DNA from: an uncultured Pirellulales bacterium
GTDB lineage: Bacteria; Planctomycetota; Phycisphaerae; Sedimentisphaerales; Anaerobacaceae
Assembly (NCBI GenBank): GCA_964556725.1
Contig: CAZKYA010000001.1
Location: 1-36,398, forward strand
DNA length: 36,398 bases
Direction: 5' to 3'
How positions within the stretch are numbered: the first letter of the stretch is position 1; each line of letters begins with the position of its first letter. A program made the translations under genes and the position numbers. The notes under the pieces were generated by a model. It was not told the DNA's origin. It saw only the letters and a list, made by a program, of their open reading frames with translations, and searched no databases. Positions 24,530 through 33,879 of the stretch are shown piece by piece.

Positions 24530-26343
24530 TGCACCCTCACCCGGCAGTTATTTTTGATGTTATCGCCTTTCTGGCCTGCCTGTCGGCATTGATTATCCTG
24601 TACAAAGGCTCAAAACGCGCTACGCAGCGTGGTGCACAGTTATTGTTCACAGGACTTCTCGTTTTTATCATGTTCTGCTATAGCTTCTGTCTTATCCTTG
24701 AGTGGTCCGGAATAACCAGGCAGCTGGATACATTAGAGAACCTCACTGGTGCACTGGTGCCGATGTGCTGGGCGTTTGTCTTCTACGCCTTTCACAAAAG
24801 CATCTCGGAACAAAGTTTGCGCGAGAGCGAATCGAGATTCTACGAGCTGTTCGATGAGGCCCCTATCGGATACCACGAACTGGACACGAAAGGTCGCATC
24901 ACGCGGGTCAACCAGACGGAGCTTAAGATGCTGGGCTACACAGCCGAGGAGATGTTAGGCCGACCCGTGTGGGAATTCGTCATCGAAGAGGAAACATCCC
25001 GACAGGCAGTTATGGATAAACTGTCCGGTGCTATCCCGCCGGGCAGAGCTTTCGAGCGAACTATCAGGCAAAAAGACGGAAATACGCTTGCAATCCTGGT
25101 CGAGGACCGGTTCCTGCACGATGATTCCGGTAACATCATAGGCATTCGCTCCACTATACAGAACATCAGCAAGCGCAAGCAGGCAGAGGAGACGTTAGCT
25201 AAAGAACACAATCTGCTGCGCACCCTTATAGACAATATGCCGGATAACATCTTTGTCAAAGATACCGAAAGCCGATTTGTCCTGGTCAATATTGCAACCG
25301 CACATTCTATGGGTGCCGCAACGCCGGATGAGCTGCTCGGAAAGACAGATTTTGACTTTCATCCAAAAGAACTGGCAGAGCGATATTACGCCGACAGTCA
25401 AAAGGTCATGCAGTCGGGCGAATCGCTGGTCGGCCAGGAAGAACCTGCCATAGATGCAGCAGGAAACCGTAAATGGTATTCAACCACCAAAGTCCCCTTG
25501 AGATACGAAAATGGGAAGATTGTTGGGCTTGTCGGCATTAGTCGAGACATTACCGAGCGCAAGCAGGCAGAATATGACCGTGAACAACTTATGGAAACAC
25601 TGGCCTCGAAGAATAAAGAATTCGAGTCAATTCTATACGTCACGTCACATGACTTGCGAGCGCCGCTGGTCAACATTCAGGGTTTTAGTCACGAGCTATC
25701 TCTGAGCTGTGAACAGGTGTGCTCGGCCCTTGCAGACAAGAAAACGGCTAAGAATATAGACGAGAAAGTGCGTGTTGCTTTGAACAAGGACATTCCTAAA
25801 GCGCTGGGCTTTATTACGAACAGTGCGAGCAGGATGGAATCACTGCTGTCAGGGCTGTTGCGGCTTTCTCGACTGGGTACTGCGGCGCTGCGCATCGAGT
25901 CATTAGATATGAACACCATACTGGCTAATGTCACCAGCAGTATGGAATATCAAATAAAACAAGCTGGTGCAGCAGTTAAGATTGAGTCACTACCACCTTG
26001 TCTCGGCGATGCTTCGCAGATAAACCAGGTCTTCACTAATATCCTGAATAATGCGATAAAGTATCTTGACGACACCCGGCCGGGTATGATACATATATAC
26101 GCCAGCAAAGCCAAAAACGGTCAGAATACCTATTGTGTGGAAGATAACGGCGTAGGTATTGCTCCAGAACATCAGGATAAGATATTTGAGATATTTTACC
26201 GACTCGAACCAGACAAGAAGACTGGAGAAGGGCTTGGATTGACTATCGTCAAGCACATTCTCGAGAGACATAATGGTAAGATATGGGTGAAATCGAAGCC
26301 CGGGGTGGGGAGCAAATTTTTCGTGTCTTTGCCAAGCGCTTGA
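24529..26343 (+). CDS. Membrane-bound PAS-domain sensor histidine kinase
   Basis: About 3 N-terminal TM helices are followed by two PAS/PAC modules (RFYELFDEAPIGYHELD and LLRTLIDNMPDNIFVKD, each ending in a DITERKQAE or NISKRKQAE linker). The HisKA H-box is YVTSHDLRAPL. The HATPase_c domain has N (NILNNAIKY), G1 (EDNGVGI) and G2 (GEGLGL) boxes. Confidence 0.9.
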   Translation: MHPHPAVIFDVIAFLACLSALIILYKGSKRATQRGAQLLFTGLLVFIMFCYSFCLILEWSGITRQLDTLENLTGALVPMCWAFVFYAFHKSISEQSLRESESRFYELFDEAPIGYHELDTKGRITRVNQTELKMLGYTAEEMLGRPVWEFVIEEETSRQAVMDKLSGAIPPGRAFERTIRQKDGNTLAILVEDRFLHDDSGNIIGIRSTIQNISKRKQAEETLAKEHNLLRTLIDNMPDNIFVKDTESRFVLVNIATAHSMGAATPDELLGKTDFDFHPKELAERYYADSQKVMQSGESLVGQEEPAIDAAGNRKWYSTTKVPLRYENGKIVGLVGISRDITERKQAEYDREQLMETLASKNKEFESILYVTSHDLRAPLVNIQGFSHELSLSCEQVCSALADKKTAKNIDEKVRVALNKDIPKALGFITNSASRMESLLSGLLRLSRLGTAALRIESLDMNTILANVTSSMEYQIKQAGAAVKIESLPPCLGDASQINQVFTNILNNAIKYLDDTRPGMIHIYASKAKNGQNTYCVEDNGVGIAPEHQDKIFEIFYRLEPDKKTGEGLGLTIVKHILERHNGKIWVKSKPGVGSKFFVSLPSA

Positions 26344-26381
26344 ACGATAGAAAAAAATAGTGTCAACTGGAAAGGAAAAAC

Positions 26382-26828
26382 ATGAATAAAGAAGGTGTTA
26401 TTCTCATTGCTGAAGATGATGAGGGACATTTTGAGCTGATAAAGAGAACTCTGCAACGTGCGGGTGTCTGCAATGAAATACTTAGACTTGCCGATGGTCA
26501 GGAGACACTCGATTTTCTTTTTATAAAGGGAGACGGGCCCAAACGGGAGCCCAACAAGGAGTATCTTTTATTGCTTGATATCCGTATGCCCAAAATAGAT
26601 GGAGTAGAGGTTCTTGAGAAACTCAAGCAGGACTCGGAATTGAAAAAGATTCCTGTGATTATGTTAACTACGACAGATGACCCCATTACAATTGAGCGCT
26701 GCCACGGCTTCGGCTGCAGCGTTTACATAGTCAAGCCGGTTGAATATGAAGATTTTACAGACGCTGTTCGAAAAATCGGCCTATTTCTCTCGGTTGTTGA
26801 GATACCTCAAATCAGTGGTGTTAAATAA
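26382..26828 (+). CDS. Single-domain response regulator (receiver only)
   Basis: The receiver motifs are LIAEDDEGH, the phospho-acceptor context LLLLDIRMPKIDG, IPVIMLTTT and YIVKP. There is no output domain. Confidence 0.88.
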   Translation: MNKEGVILIAEDDEGHFELIKRTLQRAGVCNEILRLADGQETLDFLFIKGDGPKREPNKEYLLLLDIRMPKIDGVEVLEKLKQDSELKKIPVIMLTTTDDPITIERCHGFGCSVYIVKPVEYEDFTDAVRKIGLFLSVVEIPQISGVK

Positions 26829-26845
26829 ACAAGAAAGGCAATGCA

Positions 26846-27289
26846 ATGAACAAAGATACTGTTATTCTTATTGCTGAAGATGATATAGGGCATGTTGAGC
26901 TTATAAAGAAGAACCTGTGGCGCAGTTGTGTCGAGAATGATATCTTACAATTCAAGGATGGCCAGGAGGTATTGGATTTTCTGTTTGGAGAAGGTGATGA
27001 AGCCAAGCGTGAGAAAAGCAACAGTTATATCTTGCTGCTCGATATTCGGATGCCCAAGATTGATGGGCAGGATGTTCTCAAGCAGATTAAACAAGACAAG
27101 GAACTGAGAAAGATTCCGGTAATTATACTGACGACAACCGATAAGGCAAGTGAGATTGACCACTACTATGAAATGGGATGCAGCTTTTATATGATTAAGC
27201 CGGCAGATTATAATAAATTTATGGAAGCCGTGGAGAATCTGGGAGCATTCGTTTCTCTGGATGGATTAAGAGTGCCAACAATCAGATGA
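26846..27289 (+). CDS. Single-domain response regulator (receiver only), tandem paralogue of the preceding gene
   Basis: It has the same architecture and many identical blocks (VILIAEDD, LLLDIRMPKIDG, KIPVI.LTTTD and IKP). By eye it is somewhat more than half identical to the upstream receiver. Confidence 0.88.
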   Translation: MNKDTVILIAEDDIGHVELIKKNLWRSCVENDILQFKDGQEVLDFLFGEGDEAKREKSNSYILLLDIRMPKIDGQDVLKQIKQDKELRKIPVIILTTTDKASEIDHYYEMGCSFYMIKPADYNKFMEAVENLGAFVSLDGLRVPTIR

Positions 27290-27592
27290 TAAAGCATCTC
27301 TAAATAGACTGGCGGTAAAAAAGGCGGAGGAATGCGAACCCACCGACAGAAATAGAGTATAGATATTGTTATTTTGTGCCAATTTGCTATGTGGACTGCT
27401 TCAATATAAAAAATCTGAAAAGACATTCTTATAAGAAAAACTAATTATATATTTAGCAATTCTGGTGAGAAAAGATTTTTACTACGAAGATGACATTGCA
27501 ATGGTTTTTGTAAGTTCTTTGTTAAGTTTGGCTTATGTCCTATAATCAGGTGTTGCCCACTGGCCTTTTGAGCGGGGCTTTTTGTCCTAATA

Positions 27593-27621
27593 TTGACTTT
27601 AATAACTATACCTGTTATAAT
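27593..27621 (+). promoter_or_regulatory. Consensus sigma-70 promoter positioned for a leaderless folC transcript
   Basis: TTGACT (27593-27598), exactly 17 nt of spacer, then TATAAT (27616-27621). The ATG at 27631 follows after 9 nt with no Shine-Dalgarno sequence. Confidence 0.5.
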
Positions 27622-27630
27622 GATTTTTTT

Positions 27631-29064
27631 ATGGCAAAATCAAAAAAAATAACTCGGAAGAAACAAACAAAAAAAAGCTCCTCCAAGATTGCCAAAGTCG
27701 AGAGCAAAAAGGCCTTTAAGACCTACAAAGAGGCCATGAAGTACCTCTATGAGAAGACTGACTACGAAAAGCAGAGCCGTCTGCGGTATAATGTTACGAC
27801 GTTTAATCTCAACAGGATGGAAAAGCTGCTGTCTTTATTAGGTAATCCTCACAAAAAATTCCCTACAGTTCATATAGCCGGCACAAAAGGTAAAGGCTCT
27901 ACAGCCACAATGCTGGCCAAAATGCTCGAGGCAAATGGCTATAAAGTTGGTTTATACACCTCTCCGCACGTGGTAAGCTTGCACGAGCGAATTGTGGTTG
28001 ATTCACAAATGATTAATGAACGGGAAATGCTTGACTTGCTGAACCGCATTTACGCTCCGGTCGAAAAAATAGCCAAAACCGACCCTCCAACATTCTTCGA
28101 GATTATGACGGCCATGGCGTTTATGCACTTTGCTGATATGAAGATTGATATCGGCGTAATCGAAACCGGTTTAGGCGGCAGGTTGGATAGCACCAATGTC
28201 ATTCGGCCTGAGGTCGTTGGCATAACCAGTTTGAGCATTGACCATCAAAACCAGCTTGGAGATACGATTGACAAAATTGCAAAGGAAAAAGCAGGTATTT
28301 TCAAGCAAGGTGTACCGATTATTACCGTACAGCAAGATCCGGTGGCGATGCGCGTTCTAAAATCGCTTGCTAATGCTGCCAAGGCACCCTTGAGTGTAAC
28401 CGGTGGAGATATTGATTTTTCGCACCGATTTGAAACATCACGGGAACACGGACCACATACGAGAATCTGCCTGACAACACAAACGAGTAAATTCGAACAT
28501 CTGCGAGTGCCATTACACGGCACACATCAGGCAATTAACTGCGGGCTTGCCCTGGCTATGCTGGATAAACTCAAGGCGAGTGGCTACAAGATAGACAATG
28601 AAAAAGCAACTGAGGGGCTTAATAAGGTGTCGCTGGCGGGCCGAATGGAGATGATTTGTGACGACCCGAGAATTATGATAGACGCTGCCCACAATGCTGC
28701 AAGCATTCGGGCATTGATACACGCAATAGGCCAAAATATCCCTTATGACTCTATGGTGATAATCTTCGGTTGTAATAAAGACAAAGATATTAAAGGGATG
28801 CTGAATGAACTGCAATATGGGGCCGACAAGGTAGTTTTTACCCGCAGCAACTCTGCGAAAGCAATGTCCCCGGAAGATTTGGCTGAAATGTATACGGAAA
28901 TATGCGGCAAGATGTGCCAGACGGCTGCCGGTTTAGGTGTGGCACTGGAACTGGCAAAAAGCGCCGTCAGCAAAGAAGACCTGATTTGTATTACCGGCAG
29001 TTTTTATCTCATTGGCCAGGCAAAAATGCATTTCCAGACAAATCAGCCAATTCCGACTGCGTAA
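27631..29064 (+). CDS. folC: Bifunctional folylpolyglutamate synthase / dihydrofolate synthase
   Basis: Mur-ligase-type motifs are HIAGTKGKGST (P-loop), LYTSPH, FFEIMTAMAF, VIETGLGGRLDSTNV, SLSIDH, IAKEKAGI and DAAHN. I chose the ATG at 27631 over the ATG at 27535 because of the promoter position. The first 30 or so residues are lysine-rich. Confidence 0.88.
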   Translation: MAKSKKITRKKQTKKSSSKIAKVESKKAFKTYKEAMKYLYEKTDYEKQSRLRYNVTTFNLNRMEKLLSLLGNPHKKFPTVHIAGTKGKGSTATMLAKMLEANGYKVGLYTSPHVVSLHERIVVDSQMINEREMLDLLNRIYAPVEKIAKTDPPTFFEIMTAMAFMHFADMKIDIGVIETGLGGRLDSTNVIRPEVVGITSLSIDHQNQLGDTIDKIAKEKAGIFKQGVPIITVQQDPVAMRVLKSLANAAKAPLSVTGGDIDFSHRFETSREHGPHTRICLTTQTSKFEHLRVPLHGTHQAINCGLALAMLDKLKASGYKIDNEKATEGLNKVSLAGRMEMICDDPRIMIDAAHNAASIRALIHAIGQNIPYDSMVIIFGCNKDKDIKGMLNELQYGADKVVFTRSNSAKAMSPEDLAEMYTEICGKMCQTAAGLGVALELAKSAVSKEDLICITGSFYLIGQAKMHFQTNQPIPTA

Positions 29065-29287
29065 CTTCCAATTAACGACTATCTCCAAGCATCAACATCA
29101 TTCAAAAAACAACAAGAAATCTCCTTTTTCAGCGAACCAGAACCTTGACTTAACTCAAAAAGACAGCTTTGAGATAGTTTCTCAATATTTGTTATTGACT
29201 ATTTTTAATCCTGCCTTTTTAATTTCTATTTTGTATAGTCTCTTCAACATATTGGCATAGATATAACATTTTAAAAGGAGTTTTGAG

Positions 29288-30766
29288 ATGGCGGAAGTGA
29301 AAAAATATATTGCAGTTGACCTTGGCGCCGAGAGCGGCAGAGTAATGCTTGGCTCGGTATCGGATAAGAAACTTATCCTTGAAGAAATTTACCGTTTCGA
29401 TAACGGACCGATTGAGGAAAATGGAACCCTGCGGTGGGATTTTGACAAGCTGCTCAGCAAAGTGAAAACAGGCATAGGCAAAGCAGTCAAAGCTGCTGGC
29501 ACACAAGTCTGGGGTATCGGCATAGATAGCTGGGGAGTTGACTTCGGCCTGATAGATGGCGATGGAAAACTGGTTGAAAATCCTTATCACTATCGCGACA
29601 GCCGAACCAACAGGATGATGGAAAAGGCATTTGAACTAATGGATAAACGCAAAATCTATGAAAACACCGGTGTTCAGTTCATGCAACTCAACACCGTTTA
29701 TCAGCTTCTTGCGATGCGTTTAGCCAATTCTGTGGCGCTTGCCAAAGCGAAGAATCTTATTCTTATGGCGGACCTGTTCAGCTATTATTTATGCGGTAAG
29801 GTTTTTGCAGAATACACCCTTGCAAGCACGTCACAATTCATGGATATGAAGACAGGTCGTTGGTCAAAAAAAGTATTAGAAAAATTATCTCTGCCGATTG
29901 ACATTATGCCAAGAATTGTTCAGCCCGGCACGGTTGTGGGTCAGTTGACCACCAAGGTTAGAAATGAAATCGGCTGTGGGGCTATTCCGGTCATCGCGAT
30001 TGGCTCGCACGACACAGCTTCTGCGGTGGCTGCGGTTCCGGCCGACGAGAGCACCAACTGGGCATACCTCTCATCCGGAACCTGGTCGCTTATGGGGGTT
30101 GAAGTGCCCAAGGCGATTGTTAATGATAAAACCTTCGAATATGAATTTACAAACGAAGGTGGAGTTGAAAATACGATTCGGCTTTTGAAAAACATAATGG
30201 GACTATGGCTGATACAGGAAAGCAAAAGGCAGTGGCAGAGAGAAGGAATAGACCTTTCCTATCTTGAGCTGACAGCAATGGCGGACAAAGCTGAGCCTTT
30301 TGCCAGTCATATTAAGGTTGATAATAGTGCATTTCTGGCACCAGGTGATATGCCCAAACGAATAAACGAATATCTGACTAATACCGGCCAAAAAGCCACT
30401 GATGACAAAGGACAGCTAATAAGAATCATAATGGAAAGTCTTGCGCTTAGATACAGACAAGTATTGGAAGCTATTGAAGATGTTACAGGAAAGGCAATCG
30501 AGGTTCTTCACATTGTCGGCGGCGGGATACAAAATGAGCTGCTCTGTCAGTTTACGGCTAACGCCATAGGGAAAAAGGTAATCACGGGCCCGATTGAAGC
30601 GACAGCCAGCGGCAATATCCTGATGCAAGCCAAGGCAACGGGACAGATAAAATCACTGGCGGAAGCGAGAGAGATTGTCCGCAATTCGTTTAAGCTAAAA
30701 GAGCATCAGCCACAAAAGGTGTCCCTCTGGGAAAAAGAATACAAAAAAGTAAAAAGTCAAAATTGA
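29288..30766 (+). CDS. rhaB: Rhamnulokinase (FGGY family)
   Basis: It shows block-wise similarity to E. coli RhaB as I recall it: AVDLGAESGRVMLG, GIDSWGVDFGLID, YRDSRTN, GVQFMQLNTVYQL, GSHDTASAV, AYLSSGTWSLMG, TNEGGVENTIRLLKNIMGLWL, HIVGGGIQNELLCQ and GPIEATASGN. AAGGAG lies upstream of the ATG. Confidence 0.88.
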   Translation: MAEVKKYIAVDLGAESGRVMLGSVSDKKLILEEIYRFDNGPIEENGTLRWDFDKLLSKVKTGIGKAVKAAGTQVWGIGIDSWGVDFGLIDGDGKLVENPYHYRDSRTNRMMEKAFELMDKRKIYENTGVQFMQLNTVYQLLAMRLANSVALAKAKNLILMADLFSYYLCGKVFAEYTLASTSQFMDMKTGRWSKKVLEKLSLPIDIMPRIVQPGTVVGQLTTKVRNEIGCGAIPVIAIGSHDTASAVAAVPADESTNWAYLSSGTWSLMGVEVPKAIVNDKTFEYEFTNEGGVENTIRLLKNIMGLWLIQESKRQWQREGIDLSYLELTAMADKAEPFASHIKVDNSAFLAPGDMPKRINEYLTNTGQKATDDKGQLIRIIMESLALRYRQVLEAIEDVTGKAIEVLHIVGGGIQNELLCQFTANAIGKKVITGPIEATASGNILMQAKATGQIKSLAEAREIVRNSFKLKEHQPQKVSLWEKEYKKVKSQN

Positions 30767-30778
30767 GGAAAAAATAGT

Positions 30779-32170
30779 TTGGTCGAAGAGCTTGAATGCA
30801 AACTGGATAGTTTCGATTCTACAGAGAGAAAAGATGCATTAGTAGCGCTATGCCAGAAACTTGAGACGGGAGAAATCAAACTGCCCAAAGCCGGTACAGA
30901 TGTTAACCCGCCAGACGTGTGGCGGGTTAATCTGCACTGTCATACTTTTTTCTCCTACAATACTTATGGTTACTCACCGAGCAAATTTGCCTGGCTGGCT
31001 CGTAAGCGCGGATTAGCTGTTGCAGGAGTGGTGGATTTCGATGTGCTGGATGCTTTAGAAGAATTCCTCGAAGCAGCAAGGATGTTAGGTCTAAAAGCCT
31101 GTGCTGGGCTGGAGACACGGGTTTTTGTGCCGGAATTCTCTGATAGAGTAATCAACTCGCCCGGCGAGCCGGGTATCTCATACCATATGGGGATAGGATT
31201 TCCGAGTGCCAAGCTCAAAAGCAAACAAAAAGAATTCCTGCTCAACCTTCGTGAAACCGCACAGCAGCGAAATCGGGACTTAATGGAGCGGGTGAATAAA
31301 TACTTAAAGCCGGTAGAGCTGGATTATGAGCAGGATGTGCTTGTTCTGACGCCTTCGGGCAATCCAACCGAGCGGCATATATGTCTTGCTTATGCACGCA
31401 AAGCCAGCGAAATGTTCAAAAACCCAAAAGGGCTTTCCGATTTTTGGGCAGAAAAGCTGGGTGTAAAAATTGAAGAATCACAATTGCCCGAAGGCAGAGA
31501 CCTGCTAAATACGATTCGAGCTAAAACTATGAAACGAGGGGGTGTCGGGTATGTTTTGCCCGACAAAGGGTCATTTCCATTAATGGCAGATACCAACCGG
31601 TTTGTCCTCGCTGCCGGGGGCATCCCGGTTGCAACGTGGCTGGACGGTACAAGTGAAGGTGAAAAGCATATTGAAGAGCTTTTGGAAGTTGCTATGAGCA
31701 CAGGCGCAGCGGCCCTCAATATTGTCCCCGACCGTAATTACACTGTGGGCGTAAAAAACGAGAAATTACAGAACTTATACCACGTGGTGGCGTTGGCGGA
31801 AAAGCTGCACTTGCCCCTTGTCGTCGGGACTGAAATGAACAGCCCTGGGCAAAAATTTGTGGATGACTTTGATAGCAAGGAATTGGCTCCTTTGGTGCCG
31901 GTTTTTCTAAAAGGTGCTCATATTATTTATGCTCACTCGGTTCTCCAGCAAAAATGCAGGCTGGCCCGCCATACGTCTGGCGGGCTGGGATATACCAGCG
32001 AATGGGCCAGGAAAAATTTCGGAAGTGTAGCAGAAAAAAATGAGTTTTTCGAAAAGCTCGGCTCTTCGCTTGAGCCGAAAAATGAAGATAAACTAAGCGG
32101 CTTGAATGAGAATGCAACCGCTGAGGAGATATTAGAAAAAGTGACTCGTGCCTCGAAACAGATGAAATAA
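30779..32170 (+). CDS. Uncharacterised PHP-like (polymerase/histidinol phosphatase-type) metal-dependent hydrolase-fold protein
   Basis: 463-aa ORF with a TTG start 12 nt after rhaB and GAGGA upstream. It has an HxH motif in the typical PHP context (VNLHCHTFFSYN), followed by GVVDFD, GLETRV and GTEMN beta-strand-end motifs. The assignment is tentative. Confidence 0.6.
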   Translation: MVEELECKLDSFDSTERKDALVALCQKLETGEIKLPKAGTDVNPPDVWRVNLHCHTFFSYNTYGYSPSKFAWLARKRGLAVAGVVDFDVLDALEEFLEAARMLGLKACAGLETRVFVPEFSDRVINSPGEPGISYHMGIGFPSAKLKSKQKEFLLNLRETAQQRNRDLMERVNKYLKPVELDYEQDVLVLTPSGNPTERHICLAYARKASEMFKNPKGLSDFWAEKLGVKIEESQLPEGRDLLNTIRAKTMKRGGVGYVLPDKGSFPLMADTNRFVLAAGGIPVATWLDGTSEGEKHIEELLEVAMSTGAAALNIVPDRNYTVGVKNEKLQNLYHVVALAEKLHLPLVVGTEMNSPGQKFVDDFDSKELAPLVPVFLKGAHIIYAHSVLQQKCRLARHTSGGLGYTSEWARKNFGSVAEKNEFFEKLGSSLEPKNEDKLSGLNENATAEEILEKVTRASKQMK

Positions 32171-32177
32171 GCTATTT

Positions 32178-33857
32178 ATGGCGAAATTGCCAAAAACACA
32201 ATGTGCTGTGCAGTTAGTCGGGCCTAACAAATTGGTTTTGAATAAAACCAAAGAGGTTTTTAGGCCTGGCCGGCATCAGATTCTTTGCAGAGTAGAGGCG
32301 GTGGGGCTTTGCTTTTCCGATTTGAAATTACTGAAGCAATTTTCCAGCCATGTTCGCAAAAGCCGGATTATTTCCGGCATTGACCCTGAAATACTCAAGG
32401 AGATTCCCAGCTACGTTCCCGACCAAAAACCGGCCGTACCAGGGCACGAAGCTGCGGTCAGAATTCAGGCAGTTGGTCCCGGCGTGGAAAACTTCAAGCC
32501 GGGCGAGCGTTACCTTGTCCAAACGGACTACCGCTGGCTGCAAACCAGCGGTTCTAACGCCTCCTTCGGATACAACTTTGAAGGAGCACTTCAGGAATAC
32601 GTCCTGATGGATGAGAGAATCATCACATCGCCGGACGGCGAGTCGATGCTTTTACCGGCTGATGAGAATCTGTCCGCCTCGGCAGTTGCTCTTGTGGAGC
32701 CGTGGGCTTGCGTTGAAGATGCCTACGCCTGTGGAGAACGTAAGGGCATAAAAGAAAATGGGCAGATGCTCATCGTTGCTGATACAAAGACAGCCGAAGA
32801 TACTTTTCGAAATCTCTTTAACCGCTACGGCAGACCAGCTCAAATAACCTGGGTTTCTCCGTATGAACCGCCATCGGAATTAGCAGATGGGATACATAAG
32901 GTCGAGAACGTATCGGAGCTTGCCGATGCCGGATTTGACGATGTAATCTATCTCGGCTCTGAACCAGACACTATCGAAGCGTTATTTTCAAAGGTTGCTG
33001 CGCATGGTTTGTTGAATATTGTTCTTTGCAGCGGAAGGTTCGGAAGGGATATTGTTACTCCGGTCGGTCGGGTTCACTACAGCGGTATTCGTATAACAGG
33101 TAGCAGCGGTTTTGACCCAGCTGAGTCAATGGAAATAATCCCGGACAGCGATGAGATTCGCCCCGGCGATAGGATTAACATCATCGGAGCAGCCGGGCCT
33201 ATGGGCACGATGCACGTAATACGAAATATCTGTCAGGGCGTCAAAGGAGTGAGCGTTTTTGCAGGTGATATAGACGACGATAGATTAGCTGCTCTAACAA
33301 AAATCGCAGAACCATTAGCCAGAAAAAACGGCGTTGAATATAGGGCATATAATCCAACTAAAGTGCCCCCGCTCTTGTCTTCGACAAGAAGACGCGGGGG
33401 TGACTATATTATTTTGATGGCGCCAGTTTTCGATTTGGTAGCGGCTTCGGTGCACAACTGCCGTAAGCGAGGTATTATAAATATCTTTGCCGGCATACCA
33501 GCAACAGTAACGGGGAAGATTAATATTGACGCCTATATTGAAAAGCAACTATACTTTGTAGGAACAAGCGGTTCAACCTTAGAAGATATGAAACGAATAT
33601 TGGCGAAGGTGGAATCTGGCAGACTCGATACTAATGTCTCTGTAGCTGCTGTTTGCGGACTTGATGGTGCTGCAGAAGGCATTGGTGCGATTGAAAATCG
33701 CCTGATAGCTGGTAAAATTATCGCTTATCCAGGATGCCACGGCCTGGGACTGGTGCGGCTGGAAGAATTAAAAGAAAAAATACCGGATGTCGCTGAGTGT
33801 CTAAATAACGGCCTGTGGACAAAACAGGCAGAACTGAAATTGCTTGAAAAATACTAA
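32178..33857 (+). CDS. Atypical medium-chain dehydrogenase/reductase (MDR, zinc-ADH-like) with an extra degenerate Rossmann-like insert
   Basis: The N-terminal GroES-like domain has GLCFSD and PGHEAAV (catalytic-zinc ligand positions) and GERY. There is no structural-zinc Cys cluster. A segment of about 150 aa ([12 protein letters not shown] to LLNIVL) lacks GxGxxG. This is followed by a canonical dinucleotide fold, [15 protein letters not shown], with an acidic GDID. At 559 aa it is far longer than a normal MDR (about 350 aa). Confidence 0.7.
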   Translation: MAKLPKTQCAVQLVGPNKLVLNKTKEVFRPGRHQILCRVEAVGLCFSDLKLLKQFSSHVRKSRIISGIDPEILKEIPSYVPDQKPAVPGHEAAVRIQAVGPGVENFKPGERYLVQTDYRWLQTSGSNASFGYNFEGALQEYVLMDERIITSPDGESMLLPADENLSASAVALVEPWACVEDAYACGERKGIKENGQMLIVADTKTAEDTFRNLFNRYGRPAQITWVSPYEPPSELADGIHKVENVSELADAGFDDVIYLGSEPDTIEALFSKVAAHGLLNIVLCSGRFGRDIVTPVGRVHYSGIRITGSSGFDPAESMEIIPDSDEIRPGDRINIIGAAGPMGTMHVIRNICQGVKGVSVFAGDIDDDRLAALTKIAEPLARKNGVEYRAYNPTKVPPLLSSTRRRGGDYIILMAPVFDLVAASVHNCRKRGIINIFAGIPATVTGKINIDAYIEKQLYFVGTSGSTLEDMKRILAKVESGRLDTNVSVAAVCGLDGAAEGIGAIENRLIAGKIIAYPGCHGLGLVRLEELKEKIPDVAECLNNGLWTKQAELKLLEKY

Positions 33858-33879
33858 AAGTAAAGGAGCTTCAATCAGA

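Noticed and set aside
29153-29185. Short inverted repeats upstream of rhaB (CTCAAA-N9-TTTGAG and TTGAGA-N5-TCTCAA), considered as a rhamnose-regulator operator.
   Set aside because: The arms are only 6 bp, the region is AT-rich, and no regulator gene lies in the window. This is not distinguishable from chance without comparative data.
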